Source: Eledone cirrhosa (lineage: Eukaryota). Taken from it: DNA of 64,000 bases. This document shows, piece by piece, positions 1 through 13,252 of the stretch (position 1 is the first letter of the stretch; every line of letters starts with the position of its first letter). A program made the translations under genes and the position numbers. Location: positions 301,010,001 through 301,074,000 of the forward strand of contig OZ024743.1 of assembly GCA_964016885.1 (NCBI GenBank), given 5' to 3'. The notes below the pieces were generated by a model that was given only the letters and a program-made list of their open reading frames with translations, made no database searches and was not told the DNA's origin.

Positions 1-1190
1 ATAGGGCTAAAAAAACAAACAATAACCATAGCAATAGTGAAATTAATAGGAAAAGCAAATCCATAATACAATTTTTCAACACCTACAATCTTAAGTTAGA
101 AATACCACAGGTCTTTACTATCCTTTTCATAAAATTAACGAAAATCTTAATTACGTCAGTTTCAATTCAAATCATCCTAGAATTATGAAAAACACTATTG
201 TCAATAGAGTCAAACAACCGATTTCACGCTTCTCTGCTAATAATAATATTTTTAATGATAAGGCAGAATATTACAATGAAGATTTACATAGAGCAGGATA
301 GTCGATTAAAATTAAATACATAGATAACAATAACATGATAAATCATCCTAAAATTAATTATAATAATAATAAACAATTTAACTTAAACACTAAACCAAAC
401 AAAAAACTAGAACTAGAAATATTATTTGGTACTCTCCCTCATTCTCATTAGGCGCGTTAAAACACTTTTAGCAAAGCTATTCTTTAAGGCACCATATAAA
501 TGTTTTCCTAAAACCAATAGATACCACTCTATTTTTAACAGACACACTATAAAACTATCCTACTCTACTACTATGAACATAGCACACAATATAAATAGAA
601 TTAATAATAGAAACTTAAATTTAAGCCCTAACCAAACTAACCGAAATAGCCATAATAATATTTCTAACAACAATATTCAGAATGCTAGTACCGTTCCGAA
701 CAACAACATATCCAGAACATGTAACTGTAGAATTAAATCAAACTGCCCTTTACAAAATAATTGCTTAGAAAAAAACGTAACTCATAAATGCACAGTTAAA
801 ACTAGAGACAAAGTATTTAACTATATTGGTGCCACTTCTACACAATTCAAAAAACGCTGGTATAACCATAAACACACATTTAAGAAATCCGATAAAAAAC
901 TTCCACTTAACTTTCACATTTATTTTGGAACTTAAAAGACTACAATATATACTATTCAATATCTTGGAGAACGATTTCGAAAGCACCTGCATACCGAAAT
1001 ATGGTTTTCTCAAGATTCTGTAACTTGTGTATCGAGGAATATTTTAATATAATTAATTGTCGAAACTCTATTAATCTTAATACACAATTATTTTCTTCTT
1101 GCAGACATCGCCAAAATTCCACTTTTAGAAGTATTTTTAATTCATGGTATTCTTATACACCTCCAAAAGGATCCTATTTTCTTTCAAATT
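1..1190 (+). pseudogene. Degenerate Penelope-like element (Naiad-type), RT thumb/linker + GIY-YIG endonuclease, frameshifted
   Basis: ORF fragments contain CNCRIKSNCPLQNNCL, YIGATSTQFKKRWYNH and CNLCIEE...SCRH, matching the intact ORF at 31374-33833. Confidence 0.85.
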
Positions 1191-1711
1191 GAAATTTAAT
1201 TTTTTTTTTCAATGATCTTCCTTCTTAATTTTCTTTTTAAATATTTTTACTATTTTCTTAAATATTTCTACTATTTTTTTTTTATATTTCTACTATTTTT
1301 TTTATATTTCTACTATTTTTACCTTTTGACATTATTTTTTTAATATAAATCTTTTTTTAATGTATATATTTTTAAATATTTTTTACTTCTGACATTATCT
1401 TTTTAGATGCAGTTTGATAATCTTTAATTGACATTCTGAAAATGTATTCTCTTTACTTTAGTTCTTCGAAATGCACATTACGTTTTTTCTCTCTTTTTGA
1501 TCTTCAAACCTTTACACATCTTTCGACTAAAATAATTAATCTCACACGAAATAATATATAGCTTTCTTTATATATTTCCTGAGTAAATCATTCATCAAAT
1601 TTAACGTTTAACAAACAAGATTGAAGTTATCTTTCCCATTTCAATTGTGCGAATATAAACATAATATTATAATAATATGTACGATAAAACATATAACTTC
1701 GCTAAAATAAT

Positions 1712-1823
1712 TGTTTCTACTTTAGGCACAAGGCCAGCAATATCCCAGTGCATTACTGGTACTTTATTTTATCGACCCCGTAAGGATGAAAGGAAAAGTC
1801 AACCTCCGTGGGATTTGAACTCA
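1712..1823 (-). mobile_element. 5'-truncated tRNA-derived SINE
   Basis: Homologous to copies at 38547, 42945 and 59195; B-box-like GAGTTCAAATCCC on minus strand; TSD gctaaaataat at 1701-1711 and 1824-1834; followed by a 48-bp tandem duplication. Confidence 0.8.
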
Positions 1824-2612
1824 GCTAAAATAATAATATTCTGAAAACATTCTCGGTGGGATTTGAATTCAGCTAAAATAATAATATTCTGAAAACCTTC
1901 TCAATGTTGGAACAAAATATTCGAATCTACAAATTGTTCCCCTCTTACAACTCGAATCACCTGTTTTTTATGTGAAATGCTAAATCAACATTCTTCGTAA
2001 CTCATAATAGAAATATAAACAACTAATAATTGTAAATTATTTCTATTTCTATAATACATATACATGCACAATTGTTAATCTATGTAGATAATTATACACG
2101 TATAACCTATTGTAATGTAATAAGATAAAATATACTTACAACCATAATTATTCATATAATCTATTTTTCATATATACAATATTATAACTCATAAGATAGC
2201 TAAATAAATTTAAATTCTGGAATCATTTTCCACTAATCCCCAAATTGTTAATTCCTTTTAAATTAACGTAAATGCAAGCTCTTCTTCCTTTTTCTGCTTC
2301 CTACATACATATACCCTAATTATCTAAGTACTGCATAGCGTCTAAAATAACGTTTTTTTAGCCCTATACGTCAACCTCATTTGCATACTCATCATAATAA
2401 TTTGAAATATATGATTTTTTCCTCTCTTATCCTTCACTATCCAAGGAAAACTTGAACCGTTAAGGTATCTTTCCTTGGTTATGTCAACATTTATAAAACA
2501 AACTTTGTATTTTTTCTGAGGAAAGCGTACCAAATATTTGGTACGCTTGAAATATATATTTTAGAATAAATATGATTTAATAAATATAGTTTCCATTTAT
2601 TTAATATCATTG

Positions 2613-2624
2613 TATATATATATA

Positions 2625-2707
<83 letters not shown>

Positions 2708-2739
2708 TGAGACATATATATACTTATACATATATGTAC

Positions 2740-2772
<33 letters not shown>

Positions 2773-2776
2773 AATA

Positions 2777-2851
<75 letters not shown>
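2613..2851. repeat. (TA)n/(CA)n microsatellite block, one of dozens in the window
   Basis: Direct reading; explains the YIYI/VCVC ORFs. Confidence 0.95.
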
Positions 2852-2856
<5 letters not shown>

Positions 2857-3929
2857 CCATATAAACATGCATGGCGTTGTGGATATTGGATGTGGAATGG
2901 GAATATTCGTAAATAAGTTTATTACTAAACATTATTCGATAAAATATATTTAAAACAATGACGATATTTCAAAGTATATACAATATCATATTACACTAAT
3001 AATGACATGCATACATTAACATTTACATGTGGCTGGTTCAGATTTGAACAACATTGATATGGTTATGTTTATGTATGTGTGCTACAATGTTATATATTTG
3101 TCAATTATATATGAATAGACATGATAATACTATATTTTAGCAAGTGCATATATTTAGATATTCGAAAGAAACCTTTCTTTTGATGATTTGCAAATATATG
3201 TTATTATCTTAATATTTATAGTTTTATATATATTCTGGGGGTAAATGCAAAAAAAATCACACCTAGAAAAATTATTTTATCAACTGAGCCGCCCTACAAA
3301 ATGACTCGCAATATACCTTTTCGAAAATGGGGACACACACACACACACACACACACAGAATGTCGGAGGTATCTTCGGTAATCATTTTTTATTCTTTCCC
3401 TTTATGTTTTTTGTTTTTGTTTTCAACGACGCTGAAATCCGACTCGCAAAGGACTCCTTTTCTCGAAAATGTAAGGGGACAGGAAAGAAACCTCAGGGAT
3501 AGTAATACAAACCTATTTGTTATTTAAATGCACGGATCCAGGAGATATTGTATAGTTTTCCAATTTTTGAAAACTTGTCTTCAAGTAATCTGCCTTCCAA
3601 TTTACTCGCAATAGACTATTCTTCCCGAAAACGGAAGCGGGAAAGCTCGGATATTCACACGCCTGGACGTTTCTTTGGCGGGAATTTGTTCATTTCTACT
3701 TATTTTCTTTACTTATGTGTTTTCACGTGGTCTCAAGCACTCTGAACACCATCGCACACGGAAACGACCTTTTTATTCCCAAAATGGATGGGGTGGAGGA
3801 GATTCGCAAACTCGGAGGTTTCATTGATGTGAGATTTTTCTTGAGGGTTTTTCGTGCATTTCCAACTAATCTGACCTCAAATTACGTCAGAAAATAACGA
3901 TAGCATCGTAGGTGCGAGATCACGTAGAG

Positions 3930-3960
<31 letters not shown>

Positions 3961-4197
3961 TTGTTTATCTCACGTACATATATATTTGTGTGCAACTATA
4001 TGTGTAATTCATTTATTTTCGTTTTTTAATATCACTATGCAGATCATGAACTATAAATGTATATTCGACTAATTCTCTGCAGCAGTTTGTCGAATACTCA
4101 AGCAAACACACACACACACACACACCCACACACACACACACGCGCACATATTCACACGCACGCGCACATACACACATACACACACATACACACACAG

Positions 4198-4251
<54 letters not shown>

Positions 4252-5038
4252 TTATATATATATACATATATAGTGTAGCTTCATAAATTCCTTTTTAAAA
4301 AAAGCACTTTCATTTTATATTCATCTTTTCTATATACACATATATATATATATATATATATATTCAGCAAACTAATGAAGAGAAATCACTAAACATATAT
4401 ATATATTGTACAAGGTCTTACACGCACCTTACAGTTTATTGTTATTTTCTGACGGAATTGAATGTGCGGTTGGTTGAGGGCTAAAGAAAATCAAAGAAAA
4501 GAATAATATTCCACGATAGAAATATACGAGTTTGTAAGATATCTAGAGCCAACTCCTACACACCCTCCACCTTTGTAAAATAGGTAAATTGCGAGTGAGT
4601 TTGTTTCGTAGAACTTTTCGCAACGCACAACCAGCAAAAAAAAAATGTTCTCATAGAACACAAGTGGGTTTATAGGACAGCAAATTGCTTATCTGTAATG
4701 CAGAGGACCCCACACTTTTTCCTACCCATATGTTTTCGGAAAAACGTGCTACTTGCGTTTGAGTTTGGTGTCAGATTTGTTGAAAACAAACGAAAAAAAA
4801 CAAACAAACTAGAAAAGAAATAAAATCATCCCTAGCAAAAATCATGCGTGTGTGCGAAACTCTTAATGCCTCCTTTTTTCAAAAGAGCCTCTTATGTAAA
4901 CATAATGGTTATGTAAATGGAGCACTATGATTTAAATTTGTATTTAAATCTACTTATCATTTGCTATACATATTTGTACAAAATACTTATTTTTTTATCA
5001 ATTCATACATCTATGTATATATCGTTTACGAATATGTT

Positions 5039-5376
<338 letters not shown>

Positions 5377-6462
5377 GAGAGAGTTAGATAGAGAGAAATA
5401 TAGATAAATAGATGGATAAACATAAATATAAGTATAGTTATTGTTATTTGCTTTAGTAACCAATCAATGTTTGAGGGGTATTTTAGCAATTGGTAAGATG
5501 CATGATGGAGTTTAGGATTGGCTTCATATTGCTTCATATACAGATCTTTACTACTTTCCTAATTGCATGTTGTAGACTGCGACCATTCCAGCGTGTGATA
5601 TTTCAACATGGCTGAAACCTTTTCGCGTTGTTTTATTTATTATCTCACTCCTCTGTATATTTGGTTAACTTGACATATCCCTGCTGGCAGGTATCATGAT
5701 GAGACTTCCAATTCTCCATGGTGTCTCAGGAACATGCTGAATTATTTAAAACGGTATCAACATTTGATTGATAACACCACATACATATTTCCGTTCAGCT
5801 TTCCGATGATAACAGTTATAAATGCATAAATACTAATTTAACTAATGATTAATTAGTATATATGGGCTCATTTATATTTCATTCTAAAACTAAGTCTTCT
5901 ATAGAATAATGCTCCCTTATTGTCACAAACCCTGATCAAACTTCACCTTTATTTCACGAAACTATATCTTAAAAATGTATACCTATTCCTTGATTTACTA
6001 AACTAGACAACATTTCAATATGGACACTAGCAATGTATTCAATGCTCTGAGAAAACAGTGTTACCCAAGAAGGCTGTTCTTTAATATTGATCTTCTACTG
6101 AATCTAATAAATCTAGGATATCAAGGTTTTTCAGCAAAGTTTCTCTGCAGGTCATTGCTCTAATCAATGTCAATTTGTTGTTAATATATTTGCTTTCTAC
6201 TCGTTAATTTCTGAAAATCTACACTTAGGAGAGGAATAGAAATATACCCTATGATCTGTGATAATTTTCCTGGATTTCTAAAGTCTTCAACAGAATAATA
6301 TGCTATATCTAACTTTGCAATGGTGAAATGTTCCTGTCGAGAAAATGAACAAAGTAGATATACGACTTCCAGATGATAATATTTCTTATACGCTTTGCTT
6401 GAAATCGATATAAACACATACACATTCACGCACACACACACACGCGCACGCACGCGCACGCG

Positions 6463-6518
<56 letters not shown>

Positions 6519-6958
6519 CATATATAGTATAGCTCTACACCTGTGTTGATTGGTTTACTATTTATGATGTACTATCTCGTAACCTTTTCTAGGTCATCCT
6601 AATTAATGTGTATCAATGCTTGCTCAACCGAAACCAGTCAGAAAACACATTGAAAATAACGAAATTGGTACATGTATAGACAGCATTAAAAGGGTATAAG
6701 TTTAGTAAACTTGGGTTATAGGTAGATTAGAGAGAATATCAAATTAAAATACTAATAAATCATTAGAAGAAATTAAATAAATAGCTGAGCGAATGGGTGA
6801 GTGAATGATGACAATGAAAACAAAGGATAGATCACGTTTAAATAAGATAAAGCATTGAACAAAATCATGAAATGTATAAGACATGCATTAAATCATTAAA
6901 ATTGATTTGAATATAACATTTCTTAAAAATTGAAATTAGAAATAATAAAGCCTCAATG

Positions 6959-7016
6959 AATAATAATAATATTATCATTACTAATATTATTAATAATAAT
7001 AATAATAATAATAAAG

Positions 7017-7090
<74 letters not shown>
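6959..7090. repeat. (TAA)n microsatellite, likely target of the downstream R4/Dong element
   Basis: Direct reading. Confidence 0.95.
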
Positions 7091-7091
<1 letters not shown>

Positions 7092-7262
7092 GAAGAAGGG
7101 AAGAAGACGCACGAGGTGACGGAGGTCATGAAATCGCTCCCGTAAGTTTTGAATTTTTAACATATTTAAATCATTTGTGAAATAACAACTCTTAGTACAA
7201 ATGCTACGTAAAGCACCCGGCTTGAGCCCCAAAAAATTCGGACCCAAAATATATTGTTATAA

Positions 7263-7907
7263 GGCTCAAATATTCAAATATTCAACTTTGTATTGTACAC
7301 TGTATATCCAAAAAAAAATGGCTATAAATGGAAGAAGAAGAACCCCCCCCCTCCTCTCCTCTGGCTACACTATATAGGACAGCTAAACTCACCAACACCA
7401 GAAACTAGATACACCGCCCACCCCATCATCTGTGTACACTAAACACAACAGCATTTTCACCTTCACCGCCACCGCTCACTACGGCCATCATTACCACCAC
7501 TATCCCATCACCGCCGCCACCACCCCTTGACTCCTTCACTGCTGCTGCCACCGCTACAGCACCATCACTACAGTAATACGGCTCAAATATTCAAATATTC
7601 AACTTTGTATTGTACACTGTATATCCAAAAAAAAAAAATAAAATGGCTATAAATGGAAGAAGAAGAACCCCCCCCCCTCCTCTCCTCTGGCTACACTATA
7701 TAGGACAGCGAAACTCACCAACACCAGAAACTAGATACACCACCCACCCCATCATCTGTGTACACTAAACACAACAGCATTTTCACCTTCACCGCCACCG
7801 CTCACTACGGCCATCATTACCACCACTATCCCATCACCGCCGCCACCACCCCCTGACTCCTTCACTGCTGCTGCCACCGCTACAGCACCATCACTACAGT
7901 AATACGG
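7263..7907. repeat. ~320-bp tandem duplication in the leader
   Basis: ggctcaaatattcaaatattc...cagtaatacgg starts at 7263 and again at 7580. Confidence 0.9.
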
Positions 7908-8476
7908 TCGCATCACCGCCACCACTGCCTCGATATCGACATAACCGCCACCACTGTCTCAGTATCGCCAACGCCGCTAGTCTCTGCTGGCTACCACTTC
8001 CACATTATAGAATTCCTACTACTAACAAAGAGGAAGGCATCAAAATATATAGATAGACTCAAAAGAAAAAAGAAAAAACAAACAACAAAAGCAGCACAGC
8101 AACAACAGTAAAAAACGAGAAAAACAGAGAAAAACAAAAACAAAAAAAGAAACCCCAAAAACGTAAAGAAAATAAGAATGAAGAGAGAAGCAGGCGGACG
8201 GACAGAGAAGAGGGGGGAAAAAGTAAAACTTAAAAAACAAAAACTAAGTCAGACATTCGAATACTACATTACAATGAAACTTATGCTTATTCATTTTTGG
8301 GGCCCTTTCTGCCCGTGTGTTTGTTTGTTTATGTGTGTCCGTATACAGCGTGGTGATAATGCCACACAAGGGCCAAGTGGGATGGCGGATCCACAGATGG
8401 CTATGTAAACATACATTCGCCAATCCTCGATAAGAGTGTTTAAATATCGAACATAAACAGTTCGAATAACGGTGAA

Positions 8477-11400
8477 ATGGAGACTAGAACGTCATGTGAC
8501 AGACTCTCACCCAACAGGTGCCCCCTGGCTCAGCAGCAGGAACCTGACTGTCTACGAAATACTGCTGATGTTGGAGGAAGAAGAAGAAGGAAAGGGGCCA
8601 GAACCAACTGGACGAAAGAATTGAATAGAACTGTTATGCAATGCTACCTGAAAAGTAACCCCAAGGAGAGGGGCTACAGGAGACGGATGCATAACATCTG
8701 GAACGAGATTGGTTTATTTAAATTAGATGAACAAAAATTGGCCGGGCAGGCTCGGGTAATAAGAACTAATGGGTGGATAAGCGAGCTGGAACTGGAGGAA
8801 CTGAGCAGAGAGAATGGCTTGGAGATGGCGGGTGTAGTATGCCAGACAAGCGAGCCGGCGGGAAATGAAGGTGAGGAGGTCCTGAGAGCGGAGGAACCAC
8901 CCGAAGCAGACAATGATCTGAATACTGAGATAAATAATACCTGGAACAGAGATACGGCCACTGAGGAGATGAATGCTGACGGGCTAGGACAAGATTCGGT
9001 TGACATCCTAAATTTAGTGGTAGATGAGTTGAACAATGATAGTGGGAGACCTATGAACCTAAGATTTGTAGACAGGAAAAAGTTAAAAGAAACAACAGCT
9101 AAGGTAAACAAAGTCATCCCATACCTTGAGGCGAGGAGTCTTCACCAGTGCAACAATATCCTCAAAGCAACAGCAAATACGGTGAGGAAACTACTTGGTA
9201 TAAAAGCGAGAGGAAACAACAGACAAGAAAGAGCAGAGCCGTGGTGGAAGAAGCGACTGAGTGGGCAAATCGGGGAAATGAGAAATGACATAGGAAAGCT
9301 TGAGTCACTACTGAATGGGACACTAAAAAACATAGGCACTAAAAATAGACTGGAAATAAAATACAAAACTAGGAGTAAAAAGCTAATTATTATCATAGAG
9401 GAATTGAAGCAACGCATTGTAGCAAAGAGTGCCAAAATCAGGCGATACGAGAACAGAGTCAGTCAGTATAAACAGAACCGCATGTTCGACAACAACCAGA
9501 AGATGCTGTTTGGACAGCTTGAGGGGAAAGAAAGAGGCACCGACTTGATCCCTGGGGCGGAACAAGCTAAAACATTCTGGAGAGGAATATGGGAGCAGGA
9601 TGTTAGACACAATGCCCAGGCAGGGTGGATTGAGACAGTACAGAGGGAGATCGGTGAGCAGGCACAGCAACAGACTGATTTGAGTATCACAGTTGAAACT
9701 CTTAAGGGGCAAGCCAAAAAACTAACCAACTGGAAATCACCAGGCCCAGATGGTGTGCAGGGGTATTGGATTAAACATTTAACATCCCTCCACCCGAAGC
9801 TGACGGCCATGTTCAACGACTGCTTGGTGTCGGGTGGGGTGCCAGAGTGGTTGACAAAAGGTACCACAGTTCTGATAATGAAAGACCGAATCAAGGGTAA
9901 TGATGTTACCAACTATAGACCTATCACATGTCTGCCCGTAATGTGGAAACTGTTGACGAGCATTGTGTCTGAGGAAATCTACCATCACCTCCACACAAAC
10001 AACTTGTTGCCGGACGAACAGAAAGGATGCCGAAAGAAGTCACGTGGTACAAAGGACCAGTTGCTTATTGATAAGATGGTAATGGGGAATTGCAGGAGGA
10101 GACACACTGATCTTGCCATGGGATGGATAGACTACAGAAAGGCATTTGACATGGTGCCTCATTCCTGGATCACCAAAAGCCTGGTGATCTTCAGGGTGGC
10201 AGATAACATCAGACAGTTGCTGGGCAGGAGTATGGGGTCCTGGGAGACAGAGTTGACATCAACTGGAGTATCCTTGGGAAGCGTGAAGATCAAGAGAGGT
10301 ATCTTCCAGGGAGATAGCCTGTCCCCTCTGTTGTTTGTCCTTGCCCTGATGCCCTTGACCATTATGCTGCGAAAAGTGAGAGCAGGATACAAGTTGGGAA
10401 GGGGAGAGCTTACCATCAATCACCTCCTCTTCATGGACGATCTTAAGCTCTTCGGGAAAAGTGAGAAGGAGTTGGATGTGCTTGTTGACACTGTCCGTAT
10501 TTTCAGCAGTGATATATGTATGCAGTTTGGTATTGGTAAATGTGGAGTCATTGTGATGAGGAGGGGTAGGTTGAGCAGAAGTAACGGGATCCAGATACCA
10601 ACAGGTGATATGATAAAGGAAATTGACTCTGAGGAAGGATACAAGTATTTGGGCGTTCTGGAGGCTGATGGCATAAAGAACAAAAAAAATGAAGGAATTG
10701 TTAAGAACTGAATACATTCGGAGAGTAAGGAGCGTATTGAAGTCACATCTGAACAGCAGAAATGCCATAAGCGCAGTAAATTCCCGAGCTGTGTCTATTA
10801 TTAGGTACAGTGCGGGAATTCTGAGATGGAATGTTGCTGAACAAAAAGAAATGGATAGGAAGACTAGGAAGCTATTGACTATCTACAACATGTTCCACAA
10901 GAGGAGTGATGTCGATAGACTCTACCTAAGGAGATCTGAGGGTGGAAGAGGTCTTATCAGCATAGAGGACTGTGTTCAGATGGAGAAAAACAACCTATAC
11001 AAATACGTGACCTATAGTAAGGAGCCAATGCTCAGAGCTGTACTGAAGGAGGGGACAGTAGGCCAGGGGATACCCAAGGAGGAAATAACATCAAGGAGGA
11101 AGAGCAGCCTTAAGGGAAAATCCCTTCATAGTACCTTCTTTGAGAAAACTGAATTTAGAGATCCACAGACATGGAACTGGTTGAGAAGAGGAGACCTCAA
11201 AAAGGCTACAGAAGGAATGCTAATGGCTGCGCAGGAGCAGGCCCTCAAAACGAAGTGGTTGAAGCACCATATCTACAAGGAGGAGGCTAGCCCACTGTGC
11301 AGGATCTGTGGAGAGAGAGAGGAGACTGTGGCTCACATTGTGTCCGAGTGTAAACACCTAGCCCAGACCCACTATAAGGGCTGGAGACACGATGTGATGG

Positions 11401-11870
11401 GCAGGGTGATCCACTGGCACCTGTGCAAAGTAAACAATCTACCACATTCTGAGAAATGGTATGAGCATAGGCCAGAGGCGGTGATGGAGAACAGTCAGGT
11501 GAAGGTGCTGTGGGATTTTAGGATACAGACGGACAAAAAACTGGAACACAATAGACCTGACCTGGTGGTTGTGGACAAAGAAAAAAGATCGTGCCTGATT
11601 GTGGATGTGGCCTGCCCGTTCGACACGAGAGTGCAAGAGAAGGAGAGGGAGAAAATTAACCGATACCAGGACCTAAAGTGGGAGGTGAAAAGGATTTGGA
11701 ACTGCCATGAAGTCAAAGTGATCCCGATTGTCATAGGCGCACTGGGGACTATCTCCAAAGGTTTCCAGGGATGGTTAAAGAAAATCGGCCCCTTCACGCT
11801 TTTTGGAACGCTTCAAAAGGCATGCTTGCTTGGAACGGCAAGAACCCTCCGATACGTCCTGAATATCTGA
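8477..11870 (+). CDS. R4/Dong polyprotein: reverse transcriptase + CCHC zinc knuckle + restriction-like endonuclease, one frameshift at ~10685
   Basis: KSPGPDG, NYRPITCL, IDYRKAFD, QGDSLSP, LFMDD; CRICG...HIVSEC; RPDL...DVACP...EK...Y..L; two overlapping ORFs (8477-10711, 10689-11870). Confidence 0.92.
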
Positions 11871-11956
11871 GGCTGCAGGTAGTGGCTTGATATTCAATCC
11901 AACGGACTTTCCAGTTAACCAACATCAATGACTGAGATTCAAGGAATAACAATAAC

Positions 11957-11996
<40 letters not shown>

Positions 11997-12785
11997 GTGC
12001 AGTTTGGTATTGGTAAATGTGGAGTCATTGTGAGGAGGAGGGGTAGGTTGAGCAGAAGTAACGGAATCCAGATACCAACAGGTGAGACGATAAAGGAAAT
12101 TGACTCTGAGGAAGGATACAAGTATTTGGGCGTTCTGGAGGCTGATGACATCAAGAACAAAAAAATGAAGGAATTGATAAGAACTGAATACCTTCGGAGA
12201 GTAAGGAGCGTATTAAAGTCACATCTGAACAGTAGGAATGCGATAAGTGCAGTAAATTCCCGAGTTGTGTCTATTATTAGGTACAGTGCGGGAATTCTGA
12301 GATGGAATGTTGCTGAACAAAAAGAAATGGATAGGAAGACTAGGAAGCTATTGACTATCTACAATATGGTCCACATGAGGAGTGATGTCGATATACTCTA
12401 CTTAAGGAGATTTGAAGGTGGAAGAGGTCTTATCAACATAGAGGACTGTGTTCAGATGGAGAAACACAACCTACACAAATACGTGACTGATGGTAAGGAG
12501 CCAATGCTCAGAACTGTACTGAAGGAGGGGACAATAGGCTAGGTGTTGTCCAAGGAGGAAATAACTTCAAGGTGAAAGAGCAGCCTTCAGGAAAAATCCC
12601 TTCATAGTACCTTATTTGAGAAAACTGAATTTAGAGATCCACAGACATGGAACTGGTTGGAAAGAGGAGACCATAAAAAGGCTACAGAAGGAATGTTAAT
12701 GGCTGCGCAGGAGCAGGCCCTCTAAACGAAGTGGTTGAAACACCACATTTACAAGGAGGAGGCTAGCCCACTGTGCAGGATCTGG
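11997..12785 (+). pseudogene. Internal fragment of Dong family A, directly after the TAA tail
   Basis: Near-identical to ~10520-11308, with stop codons. Confidence 0.9.
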
Positions 12786-13220
12786 TTTTTTTGCGTGTAA
12801 ATATTGTTATTATTCATATAAGAAAATAAAATAAAAAGGACATAAAACATATATATATATATAAACAATAAAAATGAGAATTGAAACAATAAAAAATTCC
12901 TCAATAGGGGGAAACCTCCGAGGGTTACTCGTGGCGAAAACCACACAAAAGACCACGGCCAACCTGGCCACCAGGGCAAGCGCCCTCTCTTAATTTTTCC
13001 ATCTCTCAAACTACAGACGTATATTCAGAGAGGTCCCGTTCACTCGGACCATTCTCGCTACATTCATCCACCTTTCAACAAACTTGCTAGAAAGCAGCAC
13101 TTGCCTCTCCACCCGGATTTTCCTCGTCAAGTGAAACTTGAAAATGTTAATTAGAGATTCGCCGAAGAGGAAAGTGTTTGTCTGTAACCCTTTTAACCTT
13201 GTCCACCACACAATCTCTTT
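12786..13220 (-). mobile_element. 3' fragment of an L1/Tx1-like LINE (ORF2 C-terminus + 3'UTR)
   Basis: Minus-strand peptide KEIVWWTRLKG...FKFHLTRKIRVER...FVERW resembles Tx1/L1 ORF2 ends; T-run at 12787-12792 may be the poly(A). Confidence 0.5.
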
Positions 13221-13252
13221 AATAGTAATAATAATAATAATAATAATAATCA

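Larger units (their letters stand above)
7091..11996 (+). mobile_element. R4/Dong-clade non-LTR retrotransposon, family A, near full length
   Basis: Single RT-RLE ORF, short 3'UTR, (TAA)n at both ends; the 5' boundary is inferred from leader homology with 13253-13766 and 17201-17930. Confidence 0.85.

Noticed and set aside
1430-1485. Possible hammerhead downstream of the first PLE (ctgaaaa...cgaaatgcacatt)
   Set aside because: Core mismatched and no convincing P1 or P2.
2491-2932. ORFs of YIYI/VCVC/HTHT/ERER type here and throughout
   Set aside because: Translations of dinucleotide microsatellites; not genes.
6248-6335. Possible minus-strand host exon (acceptor-like ttttctcgacag, EHFTIAKLDIAYY...)
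   Set aside because: No recognisable protein motif, weak donor and no partner exons; needs RNA-seq.
8674-11797. Multiple antisense ORFs within the Dong and RTE coding regions
   Set aside because: Shadow ORFs of the sense RT frame.
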